In this document: piece by piece, positions 12,982 to 28,447 of the stretch
Layout of the letters: the number at the start of each line of letters is the position of its first letter
How positions within the stretch are numbered: position 1 is the first letter of the stretch
Source of the DNA: Vicugna vicugna
Taxonomy: Eukaryota
DNA: 54,723 nt
Reading direction: 5' to 3'
Assembly (NCBI GenBank): GCA_013265495.1
Contig: MU058213.1
Location: forward strand, 6,345,149 to 6,399,871
Position numbers and translations under genes: made by a program
Notes under the pieces: generated by a model
Database searches by the model: none
The model's input: the letters and a program-made list of their open reading frames with translations, nothing else
What the model was told of the DNA's origin: nothing

Positions 12982-15900
12982 AGCCTAAATTTTGATATTG
13001 TATTACTTTATAATCACAAGAAGCATTTTTCAGTTTAAAAAAAAATTTTTTCATGTTCCAAATTTCTTGATACAAAGCATGTGTGGTACAAATTGTTTTG
13101 TTTTTTTTTTTCACATATGTGCTCTGGTTTCACAAACACAAGTGACAATAGCATTGCTTCAGTCCAGCTGTCACCTCAGCAGCCATTGGTGCCAGGAAAA
13201 ACAGCTTTGGCCAAAAGAAAGCGTGATAGCAGGCGCCTAATAATTTCCCCACTAACCCCATGCAATCACCAATATAATATCACTTTCAACAAATGAATAC
13301 TATTTGCTGAACCTTTTATATAAAGTTTCATTGTTAAAAATAGATGTGTTTTCTGTCTGATGTGATGAAGGGACATGAGCCAGGGAAGGAGAAGGACCAG
13401 CCCTTACTGGAAGCATATCAGCCCCCCAAGGCCAGGCTCTGTTCTGGGTACCACACAGCCTCCCTGGGGGTGATGCCTGCTGATGGGGAGGCTGAGGTCC
13501 TAGGCTCAGCTCCTTACTGTCTTTCATCCTGAATGGTGATGTCAGGCCAGGTGCTACACATTTCTGTCTCAGTTTCCTTGGGCTAAATGGGGGTGATAAG
13601 ACCAGTCCCTTTAGGAACGGTCCTGAGGATGAGTTCAATCAATGCCTGTAAATGCGCTGCTTGAGTCCCTGACACGGGGTCAACACTGAAGAGAGCAGCT
13701 ATGAGTTCTGTGGTCCCCAACCCGACCAGCTGGGGCCAGCCCGCCAACATCATCTGGTTCGCTAGGAAGGCAGGATTCAAGTAAGGTTCTTCCTGACTCT
13801 CCAACCATGCCCTCCTGGATGGAAAAATATGTTGGACTGTAGTTGTGGAAGGGAGAGAGCCAAGGAAGGGAAGGAGAGGCGGTAGAGGGAAGGAAAAGGG
13901 ATGGTGGAAAGGGGAAGTTAAGAGAAAAAGAGCAAAGGAAGGTGGATGGAGAGGGATGAATGGAAGGGAAAGAACAAGAAAATCAAAAGAGAGGAGGCAG
14001 TGAGACGGAAGTGAGAGGAGCTGCACAGTGATGGGGAGAAAGGAGTCAAGAGGCTCTGGGGGAGTCCTCAGCCCCTCCTCCCTCCCGGGCCCCATCCCGC
14101 CCCTCCCAGGCTGGACCCCTGGTCCAGCATCTACCACCGTGACCCCTTCTCGCTTCTGAGGTGCTCTCGCAGCAGCTGGCTGTTCACTGCCCTTGACTGT
14201 CCTGTCTCCGATCACTCCTCGCTGCCCCATGACAGAGTCCCAGCCGGAGCCTGGCCTCAGAGATCAGTTAGAGAGCACTCCCACCTGCCTTCCTAGACAC
14301 ACTTCCATCTGTTCCCCGCCCTCCATCCTTTCACTATTTTTAACTATAAGGAAATTGACTTTTTTTTCCACCACCAAATTACAACCACTTTATTCATAAA
14401 TGGTTTGCCTATTTTTTTTATTCTGATACTCAGCAGAACACATCAGCGCTGTATTTTAATAGTAAACTGAAAAACTCACTAAATTTTAATTCTCCATAAA
14501 AATTGTCATTTTAGTTTCTCCTGTGTCATTTGGCATTAAAATGATACTGCTGGTATTTCTACCCAGTGTCATCTTATAAAAAATATAGTCGTTGGTTGGC
14601 ATTTATGTCTCCTTTTGTCATTAAAATATATATGTGTGTCTCTATAAACCCAGAAGCATCATAATCAGAAATAAGCATTTTGGTTTAGATAATAGCATCT
14701 CTCTTTACTCTTCTGTGAATCCCCGGATTCTGTTGAGGTATTGTGTATTTAGGGCATTGTAATTTTGCTTTTTCTTATTCCTTTCAATTCTTCTCTCCCT
14801 ACTTTACCTACCTGCCTCGATTTCCCCCAAGTTTTTTAAACTCGTCGACTGGAGATGGGTATTGTAACACTGAAACATGGCACAATCAAAAACGTACATG
14901 ACCTGGACCTGCCTGGTCATGCTGCGGACACACTTATGGGGCCAGAGATCAGAGTTACACACAGGAGCTGATGCGCTCAGGCCGGTGAGCCAGAACTGAC
15001 AAGGGGAAGATCTGAAAACAATCTCTGAGAAGTCAGTTAACCCAGTGACTTCTTTATTTTTAATCCTCATTCATTCACAATCCAGATCCCCTTGTTCTGG
15101 CAAAGAATCATGACGCTAACCAACCAAGAGACTTAGCAGATAAACACGTGCCCACCACATTCATGAAAAGGGCACTAATTCTGAACAGACCTCGGTGTGC
15201 GTGGAGGATTCATGCCGTGTGACATACACTGTCACAGGGAAGGCATAGTGCTTGATTTGTTACTGGCAGATTTGTTACTGAAAAGCAATCTCAGACAATG
15301 AGTGGTGGCTAGGCTCCTTTTTCAGAAAGGGGATGTGGCTGGGCTTCTCAGGCGGGACAATTCCAGGTGGATGAAATGACCTTCCGAAAAGGGCCTTCCA
15401 GAGGTCTCCATTCATTCACAGATAATATATTCAGTGGCTAATGTTTGGGATGCATTCTCAGTAAAGAACTATCCTTTCAACTAAACCACATTCTCTCGTG
15501 TCAAATAAAGACAATAAGCCAATTACAATAAGCTGCAGTTTCTGATGCTGCAACACTAGCCATGCTCTCATAGTGTGGAATCTCCTAGGTCAGCTCGGCG
15601 TGCATTAAGATTTGAAACATGCCCTCATGGAGCATATAGTTTAGGAGAGGAGACAGACTACCCAACAGCTAAAAATAATAGAGCATAAGAAGTTGTAGCA
15701 CAAAGAGCTGAAGAATGGGAGGGAGCCGTTTTACTGACGCGAGGGGCTGGTGGGGCGTTGCAGGATGGATGCGAGTTTCCTAGGCAGGCAGAGTTGGGAA
15801 GGGCGTTTCTGAGGGAGCGCACAGGCGCAGATAGGATGACAGCAAAGAGCCTGACAGCTCGAGGACAGTGGTGGGTGGGCTGTCCGTGGGTAGGGTTAGA

Positions 15901-16179
15901 GTTGACCAGAGAAGGTGGCTGCGGTACAGAGTGGCCAGGAACGAAGCTGCAGAGGTGGGGAGGCCGGAGTGTGTTGAGAGCAATGAAAGCAGAGGCGGTG
16001 CTGGCATGTACAGGACAGAAGATGTGGCACACTCTGTTCTCTCCTTTGGGAGAGCCTGCTCATTCTCATCAGTTCTTGCCTGACCTAGTTGCCACCCAGA
16101 AAAACACACACACACACACACACACGTACACAAATCTCTCTCCTTTTTCCCTTCCTGTGTCTTTTTTTCAATATTAGAT

Positions 16180-16735
16180 TTTTTAAATTGAGGTATAATT
16201 GACCTAGCACATTATATTGGTTTCAGAGATACAATGTAATGATTCAATATTTGTGTATATTGCAAAATGATCACAGTAAGTTTAGCTGACATCTGTCAGC
16301 ACAGATAGTTATAAAATTTTGTGTGTGATGAGAACTTATAAGATTTATTCAGGGCTTTCAAATATGCAGTACAGTATTATTAATATAGTCACCATGCTGA
16401 CATTACTTCCCTATGACTTATTTATTTCATACCTGGAATTTTGTACCTTTGACCCCCTTCACCCATTTTGCCCACTCCCCAACATCTGCCTCTGACCACC
16501 TTCATTCTGTTTTTTGTATCTGTGAGCTTGGTGGGTTTTTTGTTTGTTTAAAATTTAGATTATTTGTGAGATCATACAGTATTTGTCTTTCATTGTCTGA
16601 CATATTTCTTAGCATAATGCCCTCAATGTCCAAATGACAAGTGGTTGCCAATGGCAAGATTTCATTCCTTTTCATGGCCAAATAGTATTCCACTGTGTAA
16701 ACAATGCTGCAATGAACATGGAAGTGAATCTGCCT
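16180..16735 (-). mobile_element. L1MA-like 3' end with ORF2 C-terminal remnant
   Basis: ORF 16502-16693(-) MEYYLAMKRNEILPLATT... matches the L1 ORF2 terminus. Confidence 0.8.
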
Positions 16736-18011
16736 TTTCCAGTGTTTTCTCCCCGTGTGTTTTTGTTCATGTGGTTAGCTAGCCACTTATCCCATTGTTG
16801 CTTGATGGCTTAGCTGTCTGCCTTTCTCTGTTGGCTGTGAAGCCCTTGAGGAAGGGGATTTTTGTCTTACTTATTTAGGTTACTTGGCTACATAATAGAT
16901 GCCAAATAAGTGTTTTTTAGGTTGGGTTACTCTATAGATTAGTATCTCGACTAAGCTACTTTGCAGCTTTAAAACTGTACAGATTCTGTGATTCTCAACA
17001 TTAACATCTCTTACACTAGCCTAATTTTATGTAATCTAAATGGCAGAAATTATTATCTCTGATATCTCCTTTGGTGTCGTAGCTTGTTTGGCATGAATCA
17101 TTTTTTTCCTTAAATGTAATTTGTTTAAATTCAAAGTTCTTTGTCTAAGAAAGTGGAATGTTCACATTTTGAAACTCTAAAAATAACACACTGGATAGTT
17201 GATGCCAAAATAATAGTTTTAATCAGAAATGCTTTCTGAATCCAGCATCTAAATGAGAACTAATTACTGAATCAGGTCACAGTTACTAGGCATTCGTTGT
17301 TTTAAGGCAGTTAACAGCAGTACTGAGAAACCTAGGTAATGAAATATTTTTAAAACCTTCCAGTTTTGTTCAGCTTTCTAATGCATTGTGATGATCTAGT
17401 GTGCCGTATATATGCATGGTGTAATATGAATGGTTGTGTCTTGTAATACAGTTTTAAAGTTTTAACGAAGAATATCATTCTACTTCTCTTCATGAATAGA
17501 TAAATTCCCTCAAATCAGATCCCATTTATCACGCATTGTTTGATTAAGATTAATTTAAAAATAAGTGCTCTTAATTTGCTGTGTGACTTACTAAATTGGC
17601 TGAGATCAAATTAACTAAGGTGGTTTCCCGTACATTTCTACGGAGAAGTACAATACTGAATAAGCCTCTTGAAGGAACTGTCTTGTTTCTATAAAAGCAG
17701 TTTCTCAAGCTTGAGATGCAGATTACGGTGTGAAGAAACTTCAGGAAGCTCCATTTGATGGCCCTTGTTGATCTGTCCAGCAAGGCTAAGTGGCATTTAC
17801 GTTCAGAAGCATTTTGATGCTTGATTCTTTTCTTCTTATTTGGAAACATTTTCTGTTTATGTCATATATAAGATATAAGATATTCAATAATATAATTGAT
17901 CAGCATGTCAGCATAATTTTTGATCTCCTTAGTAACTTAATAATAAACTTTAGCGGTCATTTAGGTTCTAACTATAAACTGTTTAATAATTTAATACTTT
18001 TTTTTTTACAG

Positions 18012-18259
<248 letters not shown>

Positions 18260-18480
18260 TGAAGCCTTGCAAATGTTACATTATCAAGAGTGACTTTTTC
18301 CAGGGCAAGAGTGGTGCCGTTGTCCCCTCTCCAGCTTCCAGCGTGTGGAGTACTGTGGACCACTCAGTGACCGTGACAGATGGAGAGTCACGGGAGCCCT
18401 TCAGTTGTACTCCTGGTCAACAGTATAATGTACCTCTAGAGGCTCGGGGGCTGATATCTCTGCTAAAACCCTTTTTAAAT

Positions 18481-18839
18481 CAGAAGTTGCAAATTGGGTG
18501 TCCATAGGCCAAAATTGGCTCATAGAAGTTCATTGTGTTTTGGCCTGGATCATCTTAAAGACTTTTGAAATGAGTTGTTAACATTTAAAAAATCAGATGA
18601 TTTTACATGCAAGCCTGGATTTCCTGACTCTTCTTGAAATATCATCTGGTCTGTTAAAATGGACCTATATTCCCAGATGGTCCCTCAGGGGTGGAGCGGA
18701 ATTGTGGCTCCCTTTAATTGAGGAATGCCCTTTCCAGTTCTCCAAAGTCCCCACCACTCCCTATTGTACACCACATGGTGTGCTTCACTCATTTATGTCA
18801 CTGCCTGATCCTTGTAGGCATTTGAGTTTGTTATCACTG
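18481..18839 (+). mobile_element. MER102-like hAT-Charlie relic in intron 2
   Basis: cagaagttgcaaa...ggatttcctgactcttcttgaaa...ccagttctccaaagtccccaccactccctattgt resembles MER102 as recalled; heavily diverged. Confidence 0.6.
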
Positions 18840-19129
18840 CTTTAGGGGGAGGGAGGAGGAGGGCAGGTCAGGAGAATCTGTCAATCAGCCTGGTTGGTCC
18901 TCCAGCCTCTTGCTTTGGGAGGTCATGGAGCCTGCTACCAGCACGCTTAACTCTCTGGGTGCCATTGTTTAAAGATGCTGCCTGGCTCACGAAGCAGACT
19001 CTTTGGGGCAGAAACCCTGCCTCACATCCCATTTAGCTTATGTCGGGGTAGGTAGTTGGCCTTTCCTTCTCTGGGAAGTCTTGAATCTGGCTTTAAAAAT
19101 GACTTTCTCCCACTTGACAACCCTGGTGA

Positions 19130-19498
<369 letters not shown>

Positions 19499-20214
19499 TG
19501 ACTCCGGGCTCCCAGGCAGACCAGAGGTGCCTGTCTGGGCTAGTCTTAGGGATCGCCAAGGAAACAGCTCGGACAAACACATCCTAGTTAAACGTATTCC
19601 AGTATTTGATAGCAGTTACTGTCGGTGTTTATTATGTTCAGTCTCAGTGTGCCTTGCTCATTATGAAATCGCTTTGTTGTGCTGGGGTCTCAGTGGAAAG
19701 AGAGAAGAACTAGTCAGTTTCCCTGTAAAACCCTTCACATCACTGAGGACAGCTATTAAATCAGTTACTAGGTCAGCCTTTGCTGCTTCAGATTAAACGT
19801 TTCTAGGTCACAATGATCATATATAACACAGTTTATTACTCAGTCTAGGGATTTGAATTGCTTCTCAGACTCCCTTTTATTGCTTTATTTTTCTTTGAAA
19901 TGAGCCCAATAAAAGGCCGATGTTGTCCATTTTTAGAGTGTGTAAATTTACTGCTATTTGCTGAGCAAGCGCAGGGACCATGGAATTTAATTCAGAAAGC
20001 TTAAGATCATTTAGGGCGTGGGCTTCCATCACTGACCAATGTCAGTATCCTACACTTGTAATGTTACAGTGTATGAACAAGAGACATGTAGCTGAAATAA
20101 GGAAACTCTTTGTCTCAGGTCATGGAGATGGTATTTTGATTGTATTGCTTCCTGAAAGTAAGACTCATTATTTTTCAGTGTCAGATTTGTGTGTATGTAT
20201 GTATGTATTTTAAC

Positions 20215-21265
20215 AGTTTTATTGAGTTTTTAAAATTTAAAATCTACAAAAAGCCACCCGTTCTAAGTGTACAATTCAGTAATTTTTAGCAAATTAATAG
20301 AATTATGCAACCATTAACACAATTCAGTTGTAGGACATTCCGGTCAATCCCCAAATTTATATAAGCCTGTTCGCAGTTAATCCCTTCTTCCATCCCAGAC
20401 CCAGGGAACCGCTAATCTGCTTTCTGTCCCTATAAATAATTTGACTTTTCATATGCATGGAATCTTACAACACGAAGTCCTTCGCATCTGGCTTCTTTCA
20501 CTTAGCGTAATCTTTCTGAGGTTCAGCCACGTTCCAGTGTGTATCAGTATTTCGTTTCTTTCCGTGTCTAACTAGTGTCCTATTCTATGGGTATACAGCA
20601 TTCTGTTCATCCAGGCATTAGCTGATGGACATTTGGATTGTTTCCAGTTGTTAGCTATTGTGAATAGAGCTGATCTGAACACTTGTGTCCAAGTCTTTGC
20701 ATGGAGATATATTTTCATTTCTCCTGGGTAAATTACTAGGAGAACAATTGCTGCTCCTTGCAGTAAGCTTATGTTTAATGTTTTAACACATAGCCAGACA
20801 ATTTTCCAAAGTCGCTACACCATTTTACAGTCCCACCAGCAATGTGTCAGTGTTTCAGTTTCTCTCCATCCTCACCAACACTTGCTGTTATCCGCCTTTT
20901 TGATTACAGTCATCATAGTGAACGTGTAGTGGTATTTCATAGTGCTATTAATTTGTATTCCCCTAATGACTAATGATATGGGGCACTTTTTCAGGTCCTT
21001 ATTAGTCATTCATGTGTCTTCTTTGGTGAAATGCTGACTCAAGTCTTCTGCCCATTATTTAAAATTAGTTTTTTTTTTTATTGTGGTGGGCTAGTTCTCA
21101 TTTTAACCGTTTTAAAGCATGCAATTCATTGACATTAATTACATTCACAGTGTTGTATTCAACCATTACCACCATCGATTTCCAAAACTTTTTCATCATC
21201 CCAAACAGAAACTCTGTTCCCATTAATCAATAACTCAGCCCCTGGAAACCACTGTTCTGCTGCCC
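20215..21265 (-). mobile_element. Old L1 (L1MB-like) fragments
   Basis: gatggacatttggattgtttccag, cccaccagcaatgt, catcctcaccaacacttg: antisense L1 ORF2/3' UTR hallmarks. Confidence 0.8.
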
Positions 21266-24200
21266 TGTTGATTATGTGTGCACTTCTGCCCTGTTTCCTT
21301 CCAATAAATTCCAAACTTTCCACCTAAGTTGGCCAGAGTCAGATTCAGTTGTTAGCAACCAAGGAACTCTAGTGATGTCGGAAGGCTTAAGAGATTGCTG
21401 TAGATAATTTACTTGTTTTTGGAAGGTGGTGTCTATATTTAGAATGATCTTTCCAGTTTTACATTTGAGTGCTAAAGCAATTTTATCCCAGAGGCTGAAT
21501 AACTTGGCAACCCCAAGTTGGCACTTACACAAAATTGAAGAACCCCAGCTTAAACTTTTCCATTTTGAAAAGAATTACAGATATATCAGGGGGCCAAGAG
21601 CCCTGCTGCACTCAACTCTAGAGAGGGAGAGAGAAAAACCCAGGCGACTGGGGATAAATAATGATTCTCAAGCTTCCTGTTCCCTCAACCAATGGCAAGA
21701 AGTGTGTCATAAAAAATGCAGACACACCTATGTTTCATGTTAGAAAATAGTGTCGCCTCCCCCATTCGTTCCATGTCCCACATTTCCCTTTGGGTGCTCA
21801 GCTGGGTTCTCTTTGCTTATGTGGATGGTGGACAGACTACAGACCGGAGACAGTCTTTGCCGCGTTACTCTCCTCACGTAAAAGCAAAGAGTGTAACTCT
21901 ACCCTTAGAAAACTCTGGTACCAATCCAACGATTGGAACCATTTCAGGTATATAATTTCTGACTTCAGCTTAGTCCTCAGTGCTGTTCCAATAGTTCCTT
22001 CACTCTAGGAAGCCCTCTCTACCACTTCCTCCCTGGCCCCAGTTCTTTTTCCCTCGATGGATCCTGGGCAGCCAGCACTTGCCACTGGTCCCCTAGTTTT
22101 TACTGAGTGAGACTGACCTTGTCTCTGTACAAGTCTGCATCCCTTGACAGATTGTGAGCCCTTCAGAAAGGACCCTTGCCTCACTCATCTTTGCATTGTC
22201 CAGCACAGTGTCTGGAGCAAAATGCCGTGAACGTTTATCAAGTGAATAAATGCCCAATTCAGAGTGAAGCCCGCTGCAGGTCTCCTGGTACCAGAAAGAA
22301 ACCAGAAGAGACCCTGAGGTCATTTCTGCAAACTGTGCCCTTTTCACATGAGGCCTTCAAAGCCCTTCAGGGAAGTGAAGAGACTTCTCTGAGATCTTAA
22401 GGCCAGGAAATGGCAGTGCTGAGACTAAACCCCGAGTGTTACACTCTAAAAATATGCTCCTTTCTCTTTTCTACTCTGCCTCTCGGAAGCTCCTCTGAAA
22501 CCCCGATCTTAGGTAACCAGCTCTAAATGTGAGAGGCGGTGCTATCCAGTTGTTCTTTGCTTTCTGAGTATTTCTACCCCTTCAGAAAGAATTTCTTCAT
22601 GAAAGTAGGTAATTACAGTTTTAGTTCTCACTGAGTTCTCCCCCATTCCCTCATTCCTTTGGTGTGAGTTCACTGAACTGTTAGATAATTAGAGTTAATA
22701 GCAAACATACCTAGGAATCCATAGTTGTTAGTCATTTAGGCTTTTGCTAATTATTTTTCTTTAAAAAGTGTTTTTGACATGATTTTTCATTAATGTGTGT
22801 TTAAGATGATTTTTAAATAATTTACAGTGCAGTGAGTTTTAAAGTAATTTCAGTTCTGCTGTTTTTCCATCTGAAACACATTTTGTGTAATGATTGTTCT
22901 TCCCTTAACCAGACAGCTCTCTTCCATTTACATGTGTTTTTGGAGTGTGCAGTTTGCAAATGAATAGATGATTTCTGTTGCAGAGAGAGAAAACCGAGTA
23001 AAATCTACTTTGGGTAGAAAATTTACTTTGCATATATAAGCATTTACTTTTTTGTAACTGGGAATAACTATTTATCATCATAGAGTAACAGAAGGAAGTT
23101 TGGAAATTTGATAGACTCCTATGTGAAACTCTAATTACAACGTTTTATATAAATTATGAGCCCTAAGCATGTTTACTCAAACATAACCAAAATTGAAATG
23201 CTTGATGAGATGTCAGAATTGCCACGTTGTAGCCAAACACTGTTAAAATGAAATCATGATGTAAATGAAAATCTTTAAAAGTACTAAAAGGAAGTCTTTA
23301 TTTATAAGCAACATAAAATTGAGAGAGTAGGTACTATGCAAAGACAATTGGCATATTTAAAGCAAAGAGATGTGAAGCTATTCAAGTTGTATTCAAATGA
23401 TATGAAAGGTGTACTTGTTATCTGTAAATTCTTAATGAATTTCTTCTGTAAATTGCCTGGCTTTTAAATTAGTTTTGTTGCTGGTTTATTTTTCAGTTCA
23501 GTCAGTAAAATTTTACTGGGTATCTGTTTTGTAAAAATCTGTCCCTGCAGGTGATTTTGTATCATAAAGCTGAAACTGAAACCATTCTCAACATGTAAAG
23601 CTCTCTCCAGGCCCCTGATCGATCCAGTCAGATGGAGATACTACATCGCAGTAAATTTACCTCAGTAAATCTTTATGATTTTCTGTCACATGGCTTTGCA
23701 CACAGTTATACACAGGAAGAAAGGTGAAATATATTGTCAAACCGCTAACCTATGTCATCCTCAAGAGCTAGAGCTGAGTCTGAATTTTTCTGTTTTTAGC
23801 ACCTAGCATGGTGTCTAGCACATAGTAGGAGCTCAAGAAATCTTTCATAATCAAAGGCTCCGAGGTCCTTGGCTCTTCGAGAGCCCTGTAATTATTTCCC
23901 GTATTCTATCAGCTGAGTCTCGTGTCGAAACAGATGACTTGTGTGTGCTAGTCTATAGCAGGTGCTTGATAAATGTTGAATGAAAGAATCTATTGCTTTA
24001 ATACATCCCAACTCATTGTCTCCACTGGCAGTGTGCCGTGCTGTATGGAGTGTGTTATCAATTATTTATTCCTCAGAAACTTTCCACAAATTGTCATCGT
24101 CATTATAAATTCAGAAGAGGTAATGTAGTCAGCTGTGAATTATATATGTCTGGGTTATCCTTCCTGTTTTTGATTTAAATCTTACCAGTCCCTCCCTGGG

Positions 24201-24798
24201 ATCCAAGCCTGGTAAGCAGTCCACGGCCCTTTTGTTGGCGGTAAGCTTTCCCTTTCATGCCAGTTTGATGGCTCAGGGAAGTGGTTGGGGCCCCCATGTC
24301 GCCTTGGGGCTTTCACTGTGTCTTTGGCCTTCGGGGGGCCAGATAGTGGGGTCTGCTACCTGGCTGGTTAGAATCTGCAGAACTTCCCCTGGTTTCCGTG
24401 TGCCCAGGCTTCATAATCTCCTGCTGGCTTAGGGTGTTGGCTTTGACCTAGTTGGGAAATGGAAAAATGTATCAAGCCTTCATCTAATTGACTAGATTAT
24501 ACGTAATTTTCTAGTCTAATAATTTGCCACGGGGCTATTGAAGAGTTTTCTGAACTCAAGTGATGAGTGCAGAGTTGGGCCTTATTAGGACGTCACAGCT
24601 GAGGTGTGGAAAATGATTTAGTGTTTAATTGGATGGACTGATGGGAACCTGGTTCAGTGTGAGTCTAGCACTGTCAGCAAGGAGAGAGCCTTGGCTATTG
24701 GACTTCATATATTTACCTAAGAAGGTAAATTTCAGCCTGCTGTTGCGTGATCTCACCCCACTGGGACACGTATATTAGGGCCTTTGATGGTTATCATC

Positions 24799-25275
24799 TG
24801 TATTAGTCAGTGGTCTACAAAGAAATAGAACCAATAGGATATATTTATTATAAGCTGTTGGTTCATGATCATGGAGACTGAGAAGTCCATCTACCACCTG
24901 CAAACTGGAGAACCAGGGAAGCCAGTGGTGTAGTTGCAAGGTCCGTGAGCCAGAGAGCCAGCCAGCAGTGTGGATTCCAGTCGAGGTCTGACGACCTAAG
25001 GCCCAGGGGCGCCGAGGGCCAGAGAAGATCAGTGTCCCAGCTCAGTCAGGCAGCGAGCGAATTCCACCTTCCTTCTCCTGTTGTTTCTGTGGTGACACTC
25101 AGTGGACTGCATGACGCTCCCCCACTTTGGGGCGAGCCTTCTGCTTTACTAAGTTCGCCAGTTCAACTGTTACTCTCTTCTGGAATCACCCTCACAGACA
25201 CCCCCAGAAACAATGTTTATCCAGCTGTCTGGGCATCCCATGGCCCAGTCAAGTTGATGTATAATTAACTGTCCA
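24799..25275 (-). mobile_element. MLT2 (ERVL) solo LTR
   Basis: tgtattagtcag...agaaatagaaccaatagga and ccctcacagacacccccagaaa...gcccagtcaagttga match antisense MLT2. Confidence 0.8.
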
Positions 25276-25461
25276 AACTCTTTTTTTTTTTAACTCTGTC
25301 CACTAGATGTGGCTTGTCATGCAGCTTGACTTTAGGGGCGGAAGACAGTGAACTGAATGGAATTCGAGTATTTGTTTCGTTCTGAATATGTGGGAGATGT
25401 GTTTCAATGTAAATTAACCAGTTGGTATTTTGGTGTCTGCCCTTGTCTCTTAATACATTTT

Positions 25462-25715
25462 TTTTTCCTTACTGAAGTGCAGTCAGTTTCAATGTGTCAG
25501 TTTCTGGTGGACAGCACAATGTCCCAGGCATGCATATACATACATATATTTGTTTTCATATTATTTTTCGTTAAAGGTTGTTACAAGATATTGAACATAG
25601 TTCCCTGTGCTATACAGAAGAAACTTTATAAAAAATCTATTTTTATATATAGTGGCTAACATTTGTAAATCTCAAACTCCCAAATTTATCCCTTCCCCAC
25701 CCTTTTCCCCGAATC
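25462..25715 (-). mobile_element. 5'-truncated L1 3' end with TSD
   Basis: TSD TAATACATTTT at 25451-25461 and 25716-25726. Confidence 0.85.
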
Positions 25716-28320
25716 TAATACATTTTAGTTTGTCTGCCTCCTTCTTTGAGGGCCTGATCACCTCAGGCACCAACAAGGTAGAGTCTCTGGGCCTTCAGTG
25801 TGAAAGATCAGATCCGGGAACTCGGAGCTGAAGTGACTGATAATTACTCAGCTACCTGCTGGGAGCCAGGCCTTGTCCGAGGCACTGACCCAGGCGTACC
25901 AGGCCCTGCTTTTAGGCCTGCTGCACACTCTAGTGGGGTTTGCAGGAATAAACCCCAAGTAGCCTGAGTCAAGGGCTCTGGTAGGATGATACGATGTAGA
26001 GTGATTGAGCGGCTCTTGTAAGAAGAGGGGGTGGGGGTGAGGTGACGTGTGAACTGAGACTGACAGAGGGGGCAGCCAAGCCAAGGTGGTGAGGTGGGGG
26101 GAGGAGACTCACGGGAAAAGAACACTCCAGAGAGAAAGAACCGCAGGTTCCAAGGCCATCAGGCGAAAGAAGCTTGGCGTATTGGGGGAGCAGACAGAGG
26201 ACCAGTGGGACTGGGGTGTCATGGGCCGGGGTGGGGGAGGTGATGGGAAGCCATTATTTAATTTCAAGCAAGAAAATTTAAATAATTCATTCATAGTTTT
26301 GGTGCTGGGGACACACCAGGGAACAAAACAGATCGAAAACCCTTGCCCTCGTGTTGGTTACAGACTGCTCTGTGTTTCACAGAGATCACTCCGGCTGCTG
26401 TGTGGAGAAGGGATGTGGGGAAGCAAGACTGGGGCTGGGAGACTGGCGTCGAGGTGGCTTGGATGCTGGAGTCAGGGTGAGGGTGGAGAGAAGGGCGTCG
26501 ATTCTGGATCTGCTCTGGAGGTGGAGCTGATAGGACCTCCTCCAAGTTAGGAGGAGAGAGACCTCCATTTAGGACTTGGCAAGTTTTAGGGCCTCGGTGG
26601 ATATCCAGGTGGAAAGGCCGAGAAGGGAATCTGATACATGAGGCTGGATCTCTGGAGGAGGTTTAAGTCCCAGTGTGAAGATGAAAAAGCCATGAAAGGA
26701 GATACAGTCTTAGAGGCCCTGCCCTCCTGGAGCTGGGCCCTTCTCCAGTGATGCTGGAGTTATACTTTTCATTTCCAAGTCCTCACAGATCTGTGCAGAG
26801 CTGAAGCAGGAGGAGCATGGAAGGCTGTTTCTTCCTGGTCCTTTCCGGGCAGACCTAGCCTGTCTGGGCAGGTCGCGCCCCGGCACTTGGGTCCTCATCA
26901 CCTTCGCATAAATGGCAGGACAGATGGAGCGCCGTGAGGCCTCCACCGGGCGCCGCTGTCTGCTGCCCTTGGGAAGGGAGCTTCTTTAAAGACCGGCCCC
27001 ATCTTAGGAAAAATAACTGAAGACTCCGGACATCCCCTTTTCTAAGGTGACTGGTTTCTCCTCTCCGCTCGTGTGGATTTGGGCCACACACTTACCACCC
27101 TGTGGTCTTACCTGCAACTGAGCTTCCTGACAGCAGGCCTGGTGCACAGCACATAGTAGGCAAGCAGAAAAGAGTTTCTTGCACTGAATTGGCAATAAAA
27201 GAGAGTTGAAGATATAATTAGAGTTGTAACCTTTTTAAAGTAAACACATCCTGATGATGTATTGTTACAAAATGACAAACTAGGAAGCATTTCTGGCCTT
27301 ACAGAGGGACTTTTTCTAAGGCTTCATCACAGAATACCTTAAAATAGTTAGCGCTCTAATGTCTTCTGTTTTCACATAACTTTTCAGTAATGTGAATATT
27401 GTGCTAAGCTCAGAAATAATTCTCTTCTGTGTTATTCAAAGAAGGCAATTCTAATACAGTATCTTATTCAGCTGCATAAAAATTCTGAGTTAAATGGGCT
27501 TTTCTTATTTCTTAGCATTAAAACACATACACATACACACACACACACACTTTTTTTTTCTGGTTATAAAAGTAATAAAAGCTCATGGTGGAAAATACAA
27601 AAAAGAGGAATCAACCATAATCTAACCCTAGAGATAAGCCAAATGTTAATGTTCTAGTATTATTTCTTACCTACCTTATACACAGCTGGATTCCTGCTGT
27701 GTATCAGTTTTGTACCCTCCCTTTTTGCTTGATGTTAAACTGTACACATTTTCCCTGTTTTTAATAGCTCTCCATGAACCTATTACTGGTTGCATAAATA
27801 TGTGGGGTGTTGATACCTTGTAAAATACGTGGTATGTGCATCACATTATGAAGATACCTTTGTGCGTTCATTTTTGTCATTTTTCTCATGATTTCCTTTA
27901 ATATTAATTTCAAGAGTTAGAATTACTGGGTCAAAGGTTATGAACATGGTGAATGCTTTTTGAAGGATCATGCTCTGGAAAAACTGTATCTGGAAGGGCC
28001 ACCTGTGCTTTTTTCATTTTTGATATGCATTTTAATTCTATAAATTAGAAATGTTTGCTTCTTGAGTAGACGAAAATGGTTTGATTTAAAACTTTTTGAT
28101 TTTAAATAGGCTTAATTTGTTTTAGAGCAGTTTTAGGTTGCATTATAATGGTATGGCTTTTATTTCCTGTTCCTTTCTTATAGAAAGGTTGAACCTTTTC
28201 AGAAATGTGTTGTTTATTTTTAAAACCTCTTTTGTGAATTGCTAGTCATGTTCTTTGCTTAGTGATTTTTTGATTGAGAAACAACTCAAACAAAACAAGT
28301 GGTTAGAGCCTTTGTCTTTT

Positions 28321-28447
28321 TTATTTTTAGGTGGGGAGAGGTAATTAGGTCTATTTATTTTTAGAGGAGGTACTAGGGATTGAACCCAGGACCTCATGCA
28401 TGCTAAGTATGCACCCTACCACTTGAGCTACACCCTCACTGCTGCTT
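28321..28447 (-). mobile_element. Camelid-type tRNA-derived SINE
   Basis: Same family motifs; imperfect TSD cct(t/c)tgtctttt. Confidence 0.85.

Noticed and set aside
13583..14230. 215-aa minus-strand ORF and purine-rich tract
   Set aside because: Driven by low-complexity GA-rich sequence (Leu/Pro/Phe/Ser); no domain or splice support.
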